The notes under the pieces: generated by a model
Database searches by the model: none
Told to the model about the DNA's origin: nothing
Seen by the model: only the letters and a program-made list of their open reading frames with translations
Source of the DNA: an uncultured Acidobacteriota bacterium
GTDB taxonomy: Bacteria; Acidobacteriota; Blastocatellia; RBC074
Direction of reading: 5' to 3'
NCBI GenBank assembly: GCA_963743425.1
Contig: CAVUPU010000001.1
Coordinates: forward strand, 575,054 to 639,053
Length of the DNA stretch: 64,000 nt
Shown: piece after piece, positions 30,480 through 40,847 of the stretch
How positions within the stretch are numbered: position 1 is the first letter of the stretch
Layout of the letters: each line of letters starts with the position of its first letter
Translations under genes and position numbers: made by a program

Positions 30480-31634
30480 TCAGAGATGTTGAATTAGCGT
30501 ACGGATGATCAGAGCCAGAACTATCAATAAGATGATCGCGAACCCTCCATAGAGGGCGATGGCGATTTTGCCTCCACTGGCGTTCGCCTTGGGTTGTGGT
30601 TGCGGAAGATTGCCAGTGAACTTATCGACCAATTGGCGCGACTGCAATTCGGGCATTTCCCGCAATTCCGCCTCTTTCCTCGCCGCGGTTTCAACGCGTC
30701 TGCGGCGCTCTTCGAACTCGAAGGCTCTCTCTTCGTCCATAACCGCGCTGCGGTCGCGGGTGAAGACCGATCTGCGGCGCTCTTCGAACTCGAAGGCTCT
30801 CTCTTCGGCCTCTCGGGCGCGGGCCTCCGCATCGGCCTTTCTCCATTCGGCCTCCTGGCGCTCGATCGCTTCCGCATAGGCGCGCTGTTCGGCTTCGAGC
30901 TTGGCTTTGGCCTCGGCCTCGGCTTTCACGAGGGCTTCTCTCCTAACCAATTCCAGTTCTCTCATCGGCGCTGGCGGCGTCAATTCGCGGGTCAACTTCT
31001 TTTCGATCTCATCGGCTTTGCGTTCGGCCTGCACTCGCAAATCGATCTCTTTGCGGGTGGCCTCTTCAGCCAATCGGCGGCGCTCTTCGGCCTCGCGGAC
31101 GCGCGCTTCGGCTTCAGCCAGCGCCGCGCCGAATCTGGCCGCCATGGATCTGACTCCGTCAACGGGCGCCTCATCGACTTTGATGTCGCAGTACGGACAG
31201 ACCGGTCGAGCCGTCGCCAGATTGACCTGCAACACGCGGCAGTAATGCTGCTTCGGAGTCGAGTCCGGAAATTGCTGACAGGCCGGACAGGCGGGCTGCG
31301 GCATCCCCCAGTTGAGCACTTTGTGATGCTTTCGCAGCGCCGGATCGTCGAAGTCCAGCATCGTCACCGAGCAATGGTCGCAGGTGTAGAGCCTCGGGTT
31401 GATCGTGCTCAGACAGAACGGGCATTGTTTGACCGAAACATTGGCCCGCCCGGTCTCCCAGGCTATGAACGTCTGGCAATTGCAGCAGTAGATCCACGAG
31501 CCGGAATACGGGAAGTTGTCGGAGAGAGTGTGTTCATCGCCTCCCTCTTTGCATACGACAACTCGGCTCGTGCGCGGCATCGGGAAGGCGGCGTGATGCT
31601 TCAGGCAATGGATTTTGACTATATCTGCAAGCAT
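30480..31634 (-). CDS. Hypothetical protein: multi-CxxC N-domain, coiled coil, C-terminal TM
   Basis: CCNC, CPFC, CDHC, CPAC, CPYC; long E/R/A-rich helix; terminal hydrophobic helix. Confidence 0.75.
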   Translation of the reverse strand: MLADIVKIHCLKHHAAFPMPRTSRVVVCKEGGDEHTLSDNFPYSGSWIYCCNCQTFIAWETGRANVSVKQCPFCLSTINPRLYTCDHCSVTMLDFDDPALRKHHKVLNWGMPQPACPACQQFPDSTPKQHYCRVLQVNLATARPVCPYCDIKVDEAPVDGVRSMAARFGAALAEAEARVREAEERRRLAEEATRKEIDLRVQAERKADEIEKKLTRELTPPAPMRELELVRREALVKAEAEAKAKLEAEQRAYAEAIERQEAEWRKADAEARAREAEERAFEFEERRRSVFTRDRSAVMDEERAFEFEERRRRVETAARKEAELREMPELQSRQLVDKFTGNLPQPQPKANASGGKIAIALYGGFAIILLIVLALIIRTLIQHL

Positions 31635-31645
31635 GTGGATATTGA

Positions 31646-32509
31646 TTATGTTCTCGCCGCCGCGGCTTGCACGGCGCGCCGGACGTAAACGCGAGCAAGG
31701 TGGCGGCGGTAATCGCCTGACGCGTGGATGTCTTCCATCGCGTCCTCCGCTTCGGCGTCGGCGCGGGCCGCGGCTGCGCTGACCGTCGCTTCGTCGAGCG
31801 TTCGGCCTCGGAGCGCGGCTTCGACTGAAGCGGCCCTGAAGGCCTTCGGCGCAAGTCCGGTGACGCCGATGCCGACATCTTCACACGCGCCGCCGGCGAT
31901 CCTGATCTGGATCGCGACGCCGACGACGGCGAACCCCGAAGCCGATTGCGGGACTTTCAGATAAACCCCTCTGTTCGGCTGCGCGGGCTTGGGAACTCGA
32001 ATCTCGGTGACGATCTCGTTCGGCTCGACTGCGCTGGTCATCACGTCGATGAAGAAATCAGACGCTTTGATCACGCGCTCGCCCGAACTAGATCGCGCGA
32101 CGATCTCGGCGTCCAGCGCCAGGATCGCGGCCGGCCAATCAGCCGCCGGATCGGCGTGCGTCAAGCTGCCGCCGATCGTGCCGCGATTGCGAACCTGCTG
32201 GTCGCCGATCTGAGAGGCCGTTTCGCAAAGCAGCGGGCAGTGTCGCTTCAATTCGGCGTCAGCCGCGATCTCCGCATGCGTGACGCCCCCGCCGATGCGG
32301 ATCGCGCCGCCATCGACTTCGATCTTCTTCAACCTCTCGATGCGCCCGATGTCGATGATTACGGCGGGCGCGGTCAGGCGCAGTTTCAACACAGGAATGA
32401 GGCTATGACCGCCAGAGAGGATTTTGCAATCTTCGCCGTATTTGTCAACGAGCTTCAGCGATTCTTCGATGGTTTTCGGCGCGAAGTATTCAAAATTGAT
32501 CGGAATCAT
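31646..32509 (-). CDS. coxM: CoxM/CutM-like FAD-binding subunit
   Basis: LSGGHSLIP.LKLRL, QVRNRGTIGGSL.HADPAAD, DIHASGDYRRHL. Confidence 0.88.
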   Translation of the reverse strand: MIPINFEYFAPKTIEESLKLVDKYGEDCKILSGGHSLIPVLKLRLTAPAVIIDIGRIERLKKIEVDGGAIRIGGGVTHAEIAADAELKRHCPLLCETASQIGDQQVRNRGTIGGSLTHADPAADWPAAILALDAEIVARSSSGERVIKASDFFIDVMTSAVEPNEIVTEIRVPKPAQPNRGVYLKVPQSASGFAVVGVAIQIRIAGGACEDVGIGVTGLAPKAFRAASVEAALRGRTLDEATVSAAAARADAEAEDAMEDIHASGDYRRHLARVYVRRAVQAAAART

Positions 32510-32519
32510 AACTCTCCTC

Positions 32520-34838
32520 TTAATTATTCATCAATCGCCACAATTTTTCGGGGCGGAGCGGCATGTCGACGTGCTTGACGCCGAACGGGGCGAGAGCGTC
32601 GATCACAGCGTTGGCCACGGCCGGCGTCGAACCGATCGTGCCGGCCTCACCGACGCCTTTGACGCCGAGCGGGTTGACCGGGGACGGCGTCTCGGTGTGA
32701 TCGAGCTCGTAGCGCGGCAGTTGATGAGCCTTGGGAACCGCGTAATCCATCAACTCCCCGGTCAGCAACTGGCCGTTCTCGTCGTAGACCACCTCTTCGA
32801 ACAGCGCCTGAGCCAGGCCCTGCGCGATGCCGCCATGAACCTGTCCCTGAACGATCAGCGGGTTGATCTGCTTGCCGCAATCGTCAACGGCGATGTAGCG
32901 CAGAATCTTCACATCGCCGGTCTCTTTGTCCACTTCGACGACGCAGATGTGCGTGCCGTTAGGGAAGGTGAAGTTCTTCGGCTCGAAGAAGTGTGTGGCC
33001 ACCAGCCCCGGCTCGAAATCGGGCGGGATATTGTGCGGGATGTAGGCGGCGAGCGCCACTTCCTGAATCGTGACGCTCCGGTCGTCCGGCGCGCCGACGA
33101 ATCTGCCGTTCTCGAAGGTCAGATTGGCCTCGCTGGTTCCGAGCAGGTGCGCGGCGAGCGTCCGGGCCTTGGCGACGACCTTCTCGGTCGCGTAAACCAG
33201 AGCCGCGCCGCCCACGGCGATGCCGCGGCTGCCGAACGTGCCGATGCCGTATTGCACGATTGAAGTGTCGCCGTGGATAACCAGCACGTCATTGATGTCG
33301 ACGCCGAGCATATCGCCGATGATCTGGGCGAACGTCGTCTCTTCGCCCTGGCCGTGCGGCGAGATACCCGTCATCACGGTCACTTTGCCTGTCGGTTCAA
33401 CGCGCACCGTCGCGCTTTCCCATCCCCCCGCCGGCAGCGCGATCGAAGGCCCCATCGCGCAGATCTCGACATAGGTCGAAACGCCGATGCCCAGCAATCG
33501 CCCCTGCGCGCGCGCGGCCTTTTGCTCTTCGCGCAGCTTTTTGTAGTCGGCGATATCAAGCGCCTTTGTGAGCGCCTTTTCGTAATCGCCGCTGTCGTAA
33601 AACAGCCCCGTCGCAGTGGGGAACGGAAACTCTTCCGGCTTGGGGAAGTTTTTGCGGCGCAGCTCGACCGGGTCCATATTCAATTCCTGCGCGATGCGAT
33701 CCATCATCCGTTCGACCAGGTAGGTCGCTTCGGGGCGGCCCGCGCCGCGATAGGCGTCGGTCGCCATTTTGTTGGTGAAGACGCCCTTGCAGGTCATCTG
33801 AATCGCCGGAATCTTGTAACAGCCCGAAAGCATCAATCCGGTCAGCGTCGGAATGGCGGGCGTCAGCAGTTGATGATAGGCGCCGAGATCGGCTGTCACG
33901 TCGTATTTCAGACCGAGCAGCGTCCCGTCATTTTTGACCGCGACCGAGACCTCGCCGACCTGGGCGCGGCCGTGGATCGTGGCCTGGAAGTTTTCGCGCC
34001 GCGACTCGATCCATTTCACCGGCTTGTTCAATTGCATCGAAATCCAGCCGACGAGCGCTTCTTCGGCATAGACGTTCAGCTTGCTGCCGAAACCCCCGCC
34101 CACTTCGGGCGCGACCACGCGCAGGCGGTTTTCAGCAATCCCCAACATCAACGCCACCTGCGTGCGCATCAGGTGCGGAATCTGGGTCGACGACCAGAGA
34201 TTGAGTTGATGTTCGCCGGGGAAGTATTGGGCCAGGACGCCGCGCGGCTCCATCGCAATTGGAGCCAGACGTTGATGATTCAGTCTTTGAGTGACGACAC
34301 GGTCGGCCTGTTTGAACGCCGCTTCGATATCTCCGCTCCCCGCGCTGTGAACGAAGGCGACGTTCGTGGCGAACTCTTCGTGAATTACGGGGGAGTCTCC
34401 CTGAGCCGCCTTCTCGGCGTCGGTGATGACGTCGAGCGGGTCGTAATCGACCTCGATCAGGTCGGCGGCGTCGCGGGCCTTGTATTTATCCGTCGCGACG
34501 ACGGCGGCGACGGGATGGCCGACGAAGATGACTTTGCCGGCGGCGAGCACGGGGTATTTGGGGACCTTCAATTCGGGCAGCGCGGCGGCGCAGGGCACAT
34601 TGCCGACTTTGCCCTCCACGTCCTTGCCGGTGTAGACGGCGATGACGCCCGGCGCGTTTTTAGCCGCGTCAATATTGATCGAATTGATCTTCGCGTGGGC
34701 GTAAGGGCTGCGCAGGATGGCGACGCTGAGCGCGCCGGCGAGTTCGATATCGTCAACGTAATGGCCGATGCCTTGAACCAGGCGCGGGTCTTCAGTGCGT
34801 TTGACTTTCTGTCCTATATATTTCGCCAGGAATGACAT
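32520..34838 (-). CDS. coxL: CoxL/CutL-like molybdopterin subunit, form II type
   Basis: REDPRL-like start, VGGGFGSK, AYRGAGRPE active-site loop, PHGQG, GQVHGG, KGVGEAG. Confidence 0.88.
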   Translation of the reverse strand: MSFLAKYIGQKVKRTEDPRLVQGIGHYVDDIELAGALSVAILRSPYAHAKINSINIDAAKNAPGVIAVYTGKDVEGKVGNVPCAAALPELKVPKYPVLAAGKVIFVGHPVAAVVATDKYKARDAADLIEVDYDPLDVITDAEKAAQGDSPVIHEEFATNVAFVHSAGSGDIEAAFKQADRVVTQRLNHQRLAPIAMEPRGVLAQYFPGEHQLNLWSSTQIPHLMRTQVALMLGIAENRLRVVAPEVGGGFGSKLNVYAEEALVGWISMQLNKPVKWIESRRENFQATIHGRAQVGEVSVAVKNDGTLLGLKYDVTADLGAYHQLLTPAIPTLTGLMLSGCYKIPAIQMTCKGVFTNKMATDAYRGAGRPEATYLVERMMDRIAQELNMDPVELRRKNFPKPEEFPFPTATGLFYDSGDYEKALTKALDIADYKKLREEQKAARAQGRLLGIGVSTYVEICAMGPSIALPAGGWESATVRVEPTGKVTVMTGISPHGQGEETTFAQIIGDMLGVDINDVLVIHGDTSIVQYGIGTFGSRGIAVGGAALVYATEKVVAKARTLAAHLLGTSEANLTFENGRFVGAPDDRSVTIQEVALAAYIPHNIPPDFEPGLVATHFFEPKNFTFPNGTHICVVEVDKETGDVKILRYIAVDDCGKQINPLIVQGQVHGGIAQGLAQALFEEVVYDENGQLLTGELMDYAVPKAHQLPRYELDHTETPSPVNPLGVKGVGEAGTIGSTPAVANAVIDALAPFGVKHVDMPLRPEKLWRLMNN

Positions 34839-34854
34839 GCCTTTCCTCCTTTCA

Positions 34855-35337
34855 TCAGTCTGCCTTCGCGGCCTGAGCGATCATCTTGTTCGCCGCGTAT
34901 TTCACGGCGTCGACAATGTGCTGATAGCCGGTGCAGCGGCAGAGATTGCCTTCCAGCCCGTGGCGGATCTGCTCTTCGGTTGGATTCGGATTCTCCCGTA
35001 GCAATTCGCACGCGGACATGATCATTCCGGGCGTGCAATAGCCGCATTGCAGGCCGTGGCATTCCCAGAACCCTTCCTGCAGCGGATGGAGTTGACCGTC
35101 TTTCGCCAGGCCTTCGATGGTAGTGATTTCGGCGCCGTCGGCCTGAACGGCCAGAATGGCGCAGGTCTTGACGGCTTTGCCGTTCATCAGCGCCGTGCAG
35201 GCGCCGCAGATTGATGTCTCGCAGCCTATGTGGGTCCCGGTCAGCCCAGCCAGGTCGCGGATGAAATGAACCAGCAACAACCGAGGCTCGACATCGGCTT
35301 CGCATCGTTGGCCGTTGATTGAAATGTCGATCTTCAC
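34855..35337 (-). CDS. coxS: CoxS/CutS-like 2x[2Fe-2S] subunit
   Basis: [28 protein letters not shown]; RBS GGGAGG. Confidence 0.9.
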   Translation of the reverse strand: MKIDISINGQRCEADVEPRLLLVHFIRDLAGLTGTHIGCETSICGACTALMNGKAVKTCAILAVQADGAEITTIEGLAKDGQLHPLQEGFWECHGLQCGYCTPGMIMSACELLRENPNPTEEQIRHGLEGNLCRCTGYQHIVDAVKYAANKMIAQAAKAD

Positions 35338-35592
35338 GCGGTTCCTCCCAATGTGTCGGCCTCTGAAGGCCGTATTTTGAAGCGAGAGAATGGACGCCGC
35401 ATCGAGGCGGACTTCACCGCTCAGTCGCGTTCAATACTTGAATTGATCCTTGAGCGGTTGATTGAAACTACAGATGGTCAATGAATATAGACCTCGTAAC
35501 GAAGAAAATAGACCTCTTGACGAAGCGTGGGCAATGTTACACTTAGAAGAGTCGTAATTTCAATGAACCTTCGTCAGTTGGCGCCCACAAAT

Positions 35593-35632
35593 AAAAAAAG
35601 GCCAGAGCGCTGAAGCGACCTGGCCTTTTCGA
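35593..35632. terminator. Probable terminator downstream of the M48 peptidase gene
   Basis: AAAAAAAGGCCAG ... CTGGCCTTTT inverted repeat; the A-tract reads as a U-tract on the minus strand. Confidence 0.65.
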
Positions 35633-35653
35633 TTTTGTCAACAAAAGGAGGAG

Positions 35654-36772
35654 CTAATTCTTTACCGGCTTCGATGATGAATCGGTCTTTGGCGCCTCTC
35701 CCTCTTTTTTGCGCAGTGTCGGGCGCTCAGTGGGGGCTTCGCCGCCGGTAGCGGCGGGATCCGCGCTTTCGGGAGCGGGGGGCTGACGCTTCTTGAGCGT
35801 CGGCCGTTTGCCGTCGGCCTCTGAAGCGCCTCCGCGTCCGCCCGTGCCGCGGGCGTTTGAGAACGAGATCAGGCGACCCTTGACCCGCTGGAATTCGGAA
35901 GTGTTCATAGTGTATTCGCCGCGTTCGGGGAAGCGCGCGATCAGCGCGTTGATCTTCTCAATGCGGTCGCTGGGCATCGGATGCGTGCTGAAGAGGCGAG
36001 CCATCGTGCCGGGTTTCTTCTTCTCCTGGGCCTGGAGCTTTTCGAAGAATGTGGACGCCGAGTGCGGATCATACCCGGTGGCCCATAGATACTGCACGCC
36101 CAGCATATCGGCTTCGTATTCGGCGCTGCGGTTGAATTTCAGAAAACCCATCGGGATCGCGAGGCTCGCCACATTTTGCACAGCGAATCCGCCCCAGCCA
36201 CCCATAAAGATCAGCGGCAGTGACGCCCAGTTGACAAGCTGGCCCTTCGACGTCTGCTCGACGCCGTGGCGCGCCGCGACGTGCGCGATCTCGTGAGCCA
36301 TCGCCCCCGCCAATTCGGCTTCGTTGTCTGCGGCCATGATCAGGCCTTTATTGACATAGAAGAAGCCGCCCGGCAGCGCGAACGCGTTGATCTCGTCGGC
36401 GTCGATCACTTTGATAGTGAAAGGGACTTTGGCGTCGGAATTGAGCACAAGGTTCTGGCCGACCTTGTTGATGTATTCGACGATGATCGGGTCTTCGACC
36501 AGCTTCGCCGAGCGGTCCACTTCTTGAGCGAACTGGCGACCCATGGCGACCTCTTTGTCGAAGGAGTAGAAGTTGATCTGAAGCTTGTTGATGTTTCGTT
36601 TGCCGATCATTTCGGGGTTTTCGTTTTCGGCGAGCGGCTCTTTATCTTTATTCTGAACGGGATTTTTTGGCGCGCTTGTTTTCTGCTGTTTGTTCTGCGC
36701 CAGGGCCGGCGCTGCTAGAAGTAAGAGGCTAATTCCGAGCCACAAGTTACGCCGAGCGGATGGTAATCTCAT
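35654..36772 (-). CDS. M48 family metallopeptidase, secreted
   Basis: INAFALPGG, AHEIAHV, EYEAD, FSTHP; signal peptide. Confidence 0.9.
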   Translation of the reverse strand: MRLPSARRNLWLGISLLLLAAPALAQNKQQKTSAPKNPVQNKDKEPLAENENPEMIGKRNINKLQINFYSFDKEVAMGRQFAQEVDRSAKLVEDPIIVEYINKVGQNLVLNSDAKVPFTIKVIDADEINAFALPGGFFYVNKGLIMAADNEAELAGAMAHEIAHVAARHGVEQTSKGQLVNWASLPLIFMGGWGGFAVQNVASLAIPMGFLKFNRSAEYEADMLGVQYLWATGYDPHSASTFFEKLQAQEKKKPGTMARLFSTHPMPSDRIEKINALIARFPERGEYTMNTSEFQRVKGRLISFSNARGTGGRGGASEADGKRPTLKKRQPPAPESADPAATGGEAPTERPTLRKKEGEAPKTDSSSKPVKN

Positions 36773-37022
36773 CGTGGTTCTCCTTGTTTCGTGTCGTGTC
36801 GTGTCGTTTCAATCCGCGCCTCACTTCGGCTGCGAGACGGAATGAGATGACTCAGTGTTGTTCAATCGTGAGTGATGAAATAGTAATTACTCCATATCCA
36901 GCGCATCGTCCATGCTGTTATGCCGTGAATGGGCGCATTATACTCAGAGCGAGTAAAACATGCTTCAAGTTTCTAATTAATCTTTCCACAGACTGGAATT
37001 ATAGAACACGGATCAGACAGAG

Positions 37023-37619
37023 ATGATTGAAAGAGGAATAAAACGAATTTGCGTCTTTTGCGGCTCGTATTCGGGCGCGCGAGAAGTTTATGGCGAACAG
37101 GCGCGGGCCTTGGGTCGCGCCATGGTCGAGCGTGGAATCGGATTGGTCTACGGCGGCGGCGGTATCGGAATGATGGGCGCCGTGGCCGACGCCGTGATCG
37201 AGGCCAAGGGCGAAGTGATCGGCGTCATCCCCTACGCGCTGGCCGCGAAGGAGCGAGCGCGCCGCGACATTGATATGCGCGTCGTCAACACGATGCACGA
37301 GCGCAAAGCCATTATGGCCGAACTCTCCGACGCCTTCATCGCCATGCCCGGCGGATTCGGAACGCTCGAAGAGATGATGGAGACGATCACCTGGGGACAA
37401 CTCGGCATTCACCAGAAGCCGGTCGGTCTGCTCAACGTCGCGAGTTATTACGATCCGCTGCTCACGATGATCGATCGGGCTATTGAAGAGGGCTTCATCC
37501 TGCCGCGCTACCGAAACCTCTTCGTCGCTTCATCCGGCGTTGATGAGTTGTTCGACCTGATGCGCAAGTTCCAGCCGCTCGAAGGCGTGGTGAAGTGGAT
37601 TGAGATGAGCGAGACATAG
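37023..37619 (+). CDS. LOG family nucleotide phosphoribohydrolase
   Basis: ICVFCGS, LVYGGG..GMMG, MHERK, PGGFGTLEE. Confidence 0.93.
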   Translation: MIERGIKRICVFCGSYSGAREVYGEQARALGRAMVERGIGLVYGGGGIGMMGAVADAVIEAKGEVIGVIPYALAAKERARRDIDMRVVNTMHERKAIMAELSDAFIAMPGGFGTLEEMMETITWGQLGIHQKPVGLLNVASYYDPLLTMIDRAIEEGFILPRYRNLFVASSGVDELFDLMRKFQPLEGVVKWIEMSET

Positions 37620-37670
37620 TCGAATCGACGGGCGTATAATCGCGGCAGGTTTCAAACATCGAGGTGAAAT

Positions 37671-38417
37671 ATGTCTACAAGCGTTGAAGAGATCGAAAAG
37701 AAAAAGGGACAGGTCGAAATACCGCCGACGCGCCGCGGCTACTTTACGATACCAGAGTTCTGGAAGATCAGATCTCTCCTGCCTGATTACGAACTGGAAT
37801 TGATCAATGGCGAAATCACCGTCAACAAGCGATCGCCACTACCGTTTATCTCGATTGCGGATTTCAAGAAAGTGGCGGAGGAATTCCCCGATCATCGGAT
37901 CGAATTGATCAATGGAGAAATTATGATGATGCCGCCACCCGACAAAGAGCATCAGAAGATCGCGGGCCAGGTTAACACTCTGCTGGCCTACGAAGTCAGA
38001 CGAATCGTGGCCCTGGGGTGTTCCATCGGCGGGTCAACCAGTTTCTTCGATGTTCCCGACAGCTTCAGAAAATCGGACGGGTCAGGGCCGGACGTTGTTT
38101 GTCCCGACGCTTCGGTTTACTTCAACAACTACTTTGACACGGACCGTCGCCCGCCCGCCTTGTTGATTGTCGAAGTTCTCTCTTTCTCGAACCGCGAACA
38201 CATTAAACGTGATCTGGAGCTTAAACGGGCTATTTATGCGACGCTCGAAGTCCCGGCTTACTGGGTCATTGATCGCCGCGATCAGAGCGTTTTGGCGCAT
38301 ACGGAGCCGCGCGACGGCGGGTACGCGATGTGTGAGAAGATCAAAGGCGATCAGGTCTTGCCAGCGCCGGGATTGGATTTTTTGCAAATCACGCCAGCGC
38401 AGATTTTTGATATGTGA
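37671..38417 (+). CDS. Uma2/DUF820 family endonuclease-fold protein with duplicated N-terminal module
   Basis: ELINGEI twice, P....HQ, CPD, LIVEVLS, D...KR.IYA...VP.YWVID. Confidence 0.85.
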   Translation: MSTSVEEIEKKKGQVEIPPTRRGYFTIPEFWKIRSLLPDYELELINGEITVNKRSPLPFISIADFKKVAEEFPDHRIELINGEIMMMPPPDKEHQKIAGQVNTLLAYEVRRIVALGCSIGGSTSFFDVPDSFRKSDGSGPDVVCPDASVYFNNYFDTDRRPPALLIVEVLSFSNREHIKRDLELKRAIYATLEVPAYWVIDRRDQSVLAHTEPRDGGYAMCEKIKGDQVLPAPGLDFLQITPAQIFDM

Positions 38418-38452
38418 AACGCACTTCAACCTTTCAGGAGATTCCGACAAAG

Positions 38453-39451
38453 ATGACACAGGAGCGAAAGGCGTTTGTAATAATGCCATTTCACGAGCCC
38501 TATGACTTGTATTACCAAGCTGTCTTCTCTCCAGCCTTGCAGCGCGCAGGATACAAGGCTGTGCGCGGAGATGATATGTTCATGCCGCACCCGATTATGC
38601 TCGATATTCAAAGGGCAATTTGTGAGAGCGACCTGATTCTTTGTGAAATGAGTGATCGCAACCCTAACGTCTTCTATGAACTGGGGCTGGCTCACGCGAT
38701 TGGCAAGCCGGCCATTTTGGTAGCCCGTAAGGAAGAAGATATACCGTTTGATCTGAGGCATATCAGGGTGATTGTGTATGATTACACGCGTCCTGGTTGG
38801 GAAGCCAAACTCCTTAACAACATCACGGCGGCAGCTAAAACGATAGAGGAGTCCAAAGAGATTTGGCCTCCACCGATTATCAAGCATAGTTCGCACGGAG
38901 GTCTCAATAGTCTTCGCGAGGGGGCTGTCAGCCCGCCAGCGGTTAATCGCCCGATCAATCTGAGGTTTGATGGTCCTGTTGTGGGAAACAAACCGTTTGG
39001 TTGGTTTAACAGCTTCGGATTTGTAAACCGCGTGTCTCCCTACTTCGAGTGTGAAATTATTCGACGTCCCGAAGGGGTCTGCGTCAAATTCGAAAACAAC
39101 AGACGAGTTGATGACGAATTCGGCTCTTTGATGCAAAGATGCCCGGCTAATCATTTGGCAGGTAAAACTGTTCGTTTCGAGGGCATGGTGAAAACGGAAA
39201 ATGCCGCTGGCTGGTGCGGGCTCTGGTTTCGCGCCGACGGTGATGTCGTACCTGATCTCTTCTTCGACAACATGTCCAGGCGCCCAATACGTGGTACGAC
39301 TGACTGGGCGACTTATGCGATAGATGCTCAACTGCCAATTGAGACGGCCTGGATTAACTATGGCATCGTGCTGTCCGGTCGTGGGGCGATGTTCGTAGCT
39401 AATTTCAGACTGATGTGTTGGGATCACTTCGGACGCTGGGTTGATATCTAA
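38453..39451 (+). CDS. Nucleoside 2-deoxyribosyltransferase-like domain fused to a beta-sandwich domain
   Basis: AFVIMPF, SDLILCEMSDRNPNVFYELGLAHAIGK, PFDL; C-terminal GLW.R.DG...FDNM..RPI.GTTDW. Alternative GTG start at 38414. Confidence 0.75.
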   Translation: MTQERKAFVIMPFHEPYDLYYQAVFSPALQRAGYKAVRGDDMFMPHPIMLDIQRAICESDLILCEMSDRNPNVFYELGLAHAIGKPAILVARKEEDIPFDLRHIRVIVYDYTRPGWEAKLLNNITAAAKTIEESKEIWPPPIIKHSSHGGLNSLREGAVSPPAVNRPINLRFDGPVVGNKPFGWFNSFGFVNRVSPYFECEIIRRPEGVCVKFENNRRVDDEFGSLMQRCPANHLAGKTVRFEGMVKTENAAGWCGLWFRADGDVVPDLFFDNMSRRPIRGTTDWATYAIDAQLPIETAWINYGIVLSGRGAMFVANFRLMCWDHFGRWVDI

Positions 39452-39479
39452 TCAGCCTGCAAGGCGACATGAAGAGTTT

Positions 39480-40664
39480 TTAGATCAAGCCTCCTGCGCG
39501 AAACTCTGTAATCTCCTCGTCGCTGAATCCCAATTCCCGCAAAACCTCATCCGTATGCTCGCCCAACATCGGCGCGCGCCGTCTGACTTCGCCCGGCGTC
39601 TCCGATAATCGCACCGGCGTGTTCGGCGTCGGGACCGGCTTCGCGCTTCCGGGATATTCGACGAAGCCGATCAACCCTCGCGCTTTGACTTGCGGGTCGT
39701 CGAGGACTTCGCTCAACTCGTAAACCTTGCCGCACGGCACGCGCGCATCTTCCAACTCCCGCATCGCTTCCTCAGTCGCGCGCTGGCCCGCCCAGGCGTT
39801 CATCGCATCGGTAATCAACTGGTGATTGTTCGCCCGCGAGATGTCGTCGGCGCAGCGAGGATCGTCAATCAGGTCGGCGCTGCCCACCAGTTTCGCCCAG
39901 CGTTCGAACATCGGATTGCCGATCACGTGAATGATGATCCAGCCGTCTTTCGTTCGATAAGTGTCGGACGGCGCGACGTGGAAGGCCGTATTGCCTTGCT
40001 GTTGGCGTTTGACGCCAATGACATGTCGCTCGGCGAGCAGCGCCTGCATGAACGTCACGCTGGTCGCGAGCAGCGAAGCTTCGACGAGCTGGCCGCGCCC
40101 GGTCTTCTGCTTTTCGTAGAGCGCGGCCATCGTTCCGAACGCAGCGTGCAGCGCCGTTCCGAAATCTTCGAACGGAACCACGCTGCGGACGGGCGCGCCC
40201 GGAAATCCCGTGAGGCTCATCGCGCCCGACATCGCCTGCGCCACCGGGTCGAAGCCGACGCGGTTGGCGTACGGCCCTTCGGCGCCGAAGGCGGAAATCT
40301 GAGTGAGGATGATGTCGGGTTTGATCGCGGCGAGCGAGTCGTAATCAATCTCCAGCTTCCGCAATACATTGATCGGCAGATTGGCCACAACGACGTCGGC
40401 GCCGGAGATCAATCGCCGTTTGATCTCGCGGCTTTCGGGACGCGCGAGATCGAGCGTGACGCTCTTCTTGTTGCGATTGAGGCCGATGAACATCGGGCCT
40501 TCGCCCTGTTCAGTGATCGGCGCGACGTAGCGGTCTTCGCCGCCCTCGCGCCGTTCGATGCGGATGACCTCGGCGCCGAAATCGGCCAGCAGCATCGCGC
40601 AATATGGCCCGGCGATGTAGCGGCCAAAGTCGAGAACACGTATTCCTGTGAGTGGGCCGGTCAT
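39480..40664 (-). CDS. CaiB/BaiF family III CoA-transferase
   Basis: GPL.GIRVLDF...[35 protein letters not shown]. Confidence 0.93.
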   Translation of the reverse strand: MTGPLTGIRVLDFGRYIAGPYCAMLLADFGAEVIRIERREGGEDRYVAPITEQGEGPMFIGLNRNKKSVTLDLARPESREIKRRLISGADVVVANLPINVLRKLEIDYDSLAAIKPDIILTQISAFGAEGPYANRVGFDPVAQAMSGAMSLTGFPGAPVRSVVPFEDFGTALHAAFGTMAALYEKQKTGRGQLVEASLLATSVTFMQALLAERHVIGVKRQQQGNTAFHVAPSDTYRTKDGWIIIHVIGNPMFERWAKLVGSADLIDDPRCADDISRANNHQLITDAMNAWAGQRATEEAMRELEDARVPCGKVYELSEVLDDPQVKARGLIGFVEYPGSAKPVPTPNTPVRLSETPGEVRRRAPMLGEHTDEVLRELGFSDEEITEFRAGGLI

Positions 40665-40708
40665 TTTGGGTATGACTGAATCAGTAGATCACGAAATAGG
40701 AAGAGCAA

Positions 40709-40807
40709 GCATTTTCCATTTTTCATTTGAGATTCGTCATTTGCCATTGGAAAGGATCGGCTCAGGCAATGACAAATGACAAATCGGATATGGAAAATGG
40801 AAAATGA
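40709..40807. repeat. Inverted heptamer arrays, same family as 28041-28141
   Basis: GCATTTTCCATTTTTCATTTG ... ATGACAAATGACAAAT..ATGGAAAATGGAAAATG. Confidence 0.85.
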
Positions 40808-40847
40808 AGTTCTGGCTTCATTTCGTGATCTACTGATTATTGGAATT

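Noticed and set aside
33273-34835. Long antisense ORFs (also 3731-5113, 311-1351, 60284-61282)
   Set aside because: They are shadows of well-supported genes in high-GC DNA and have no recognisable motifs.
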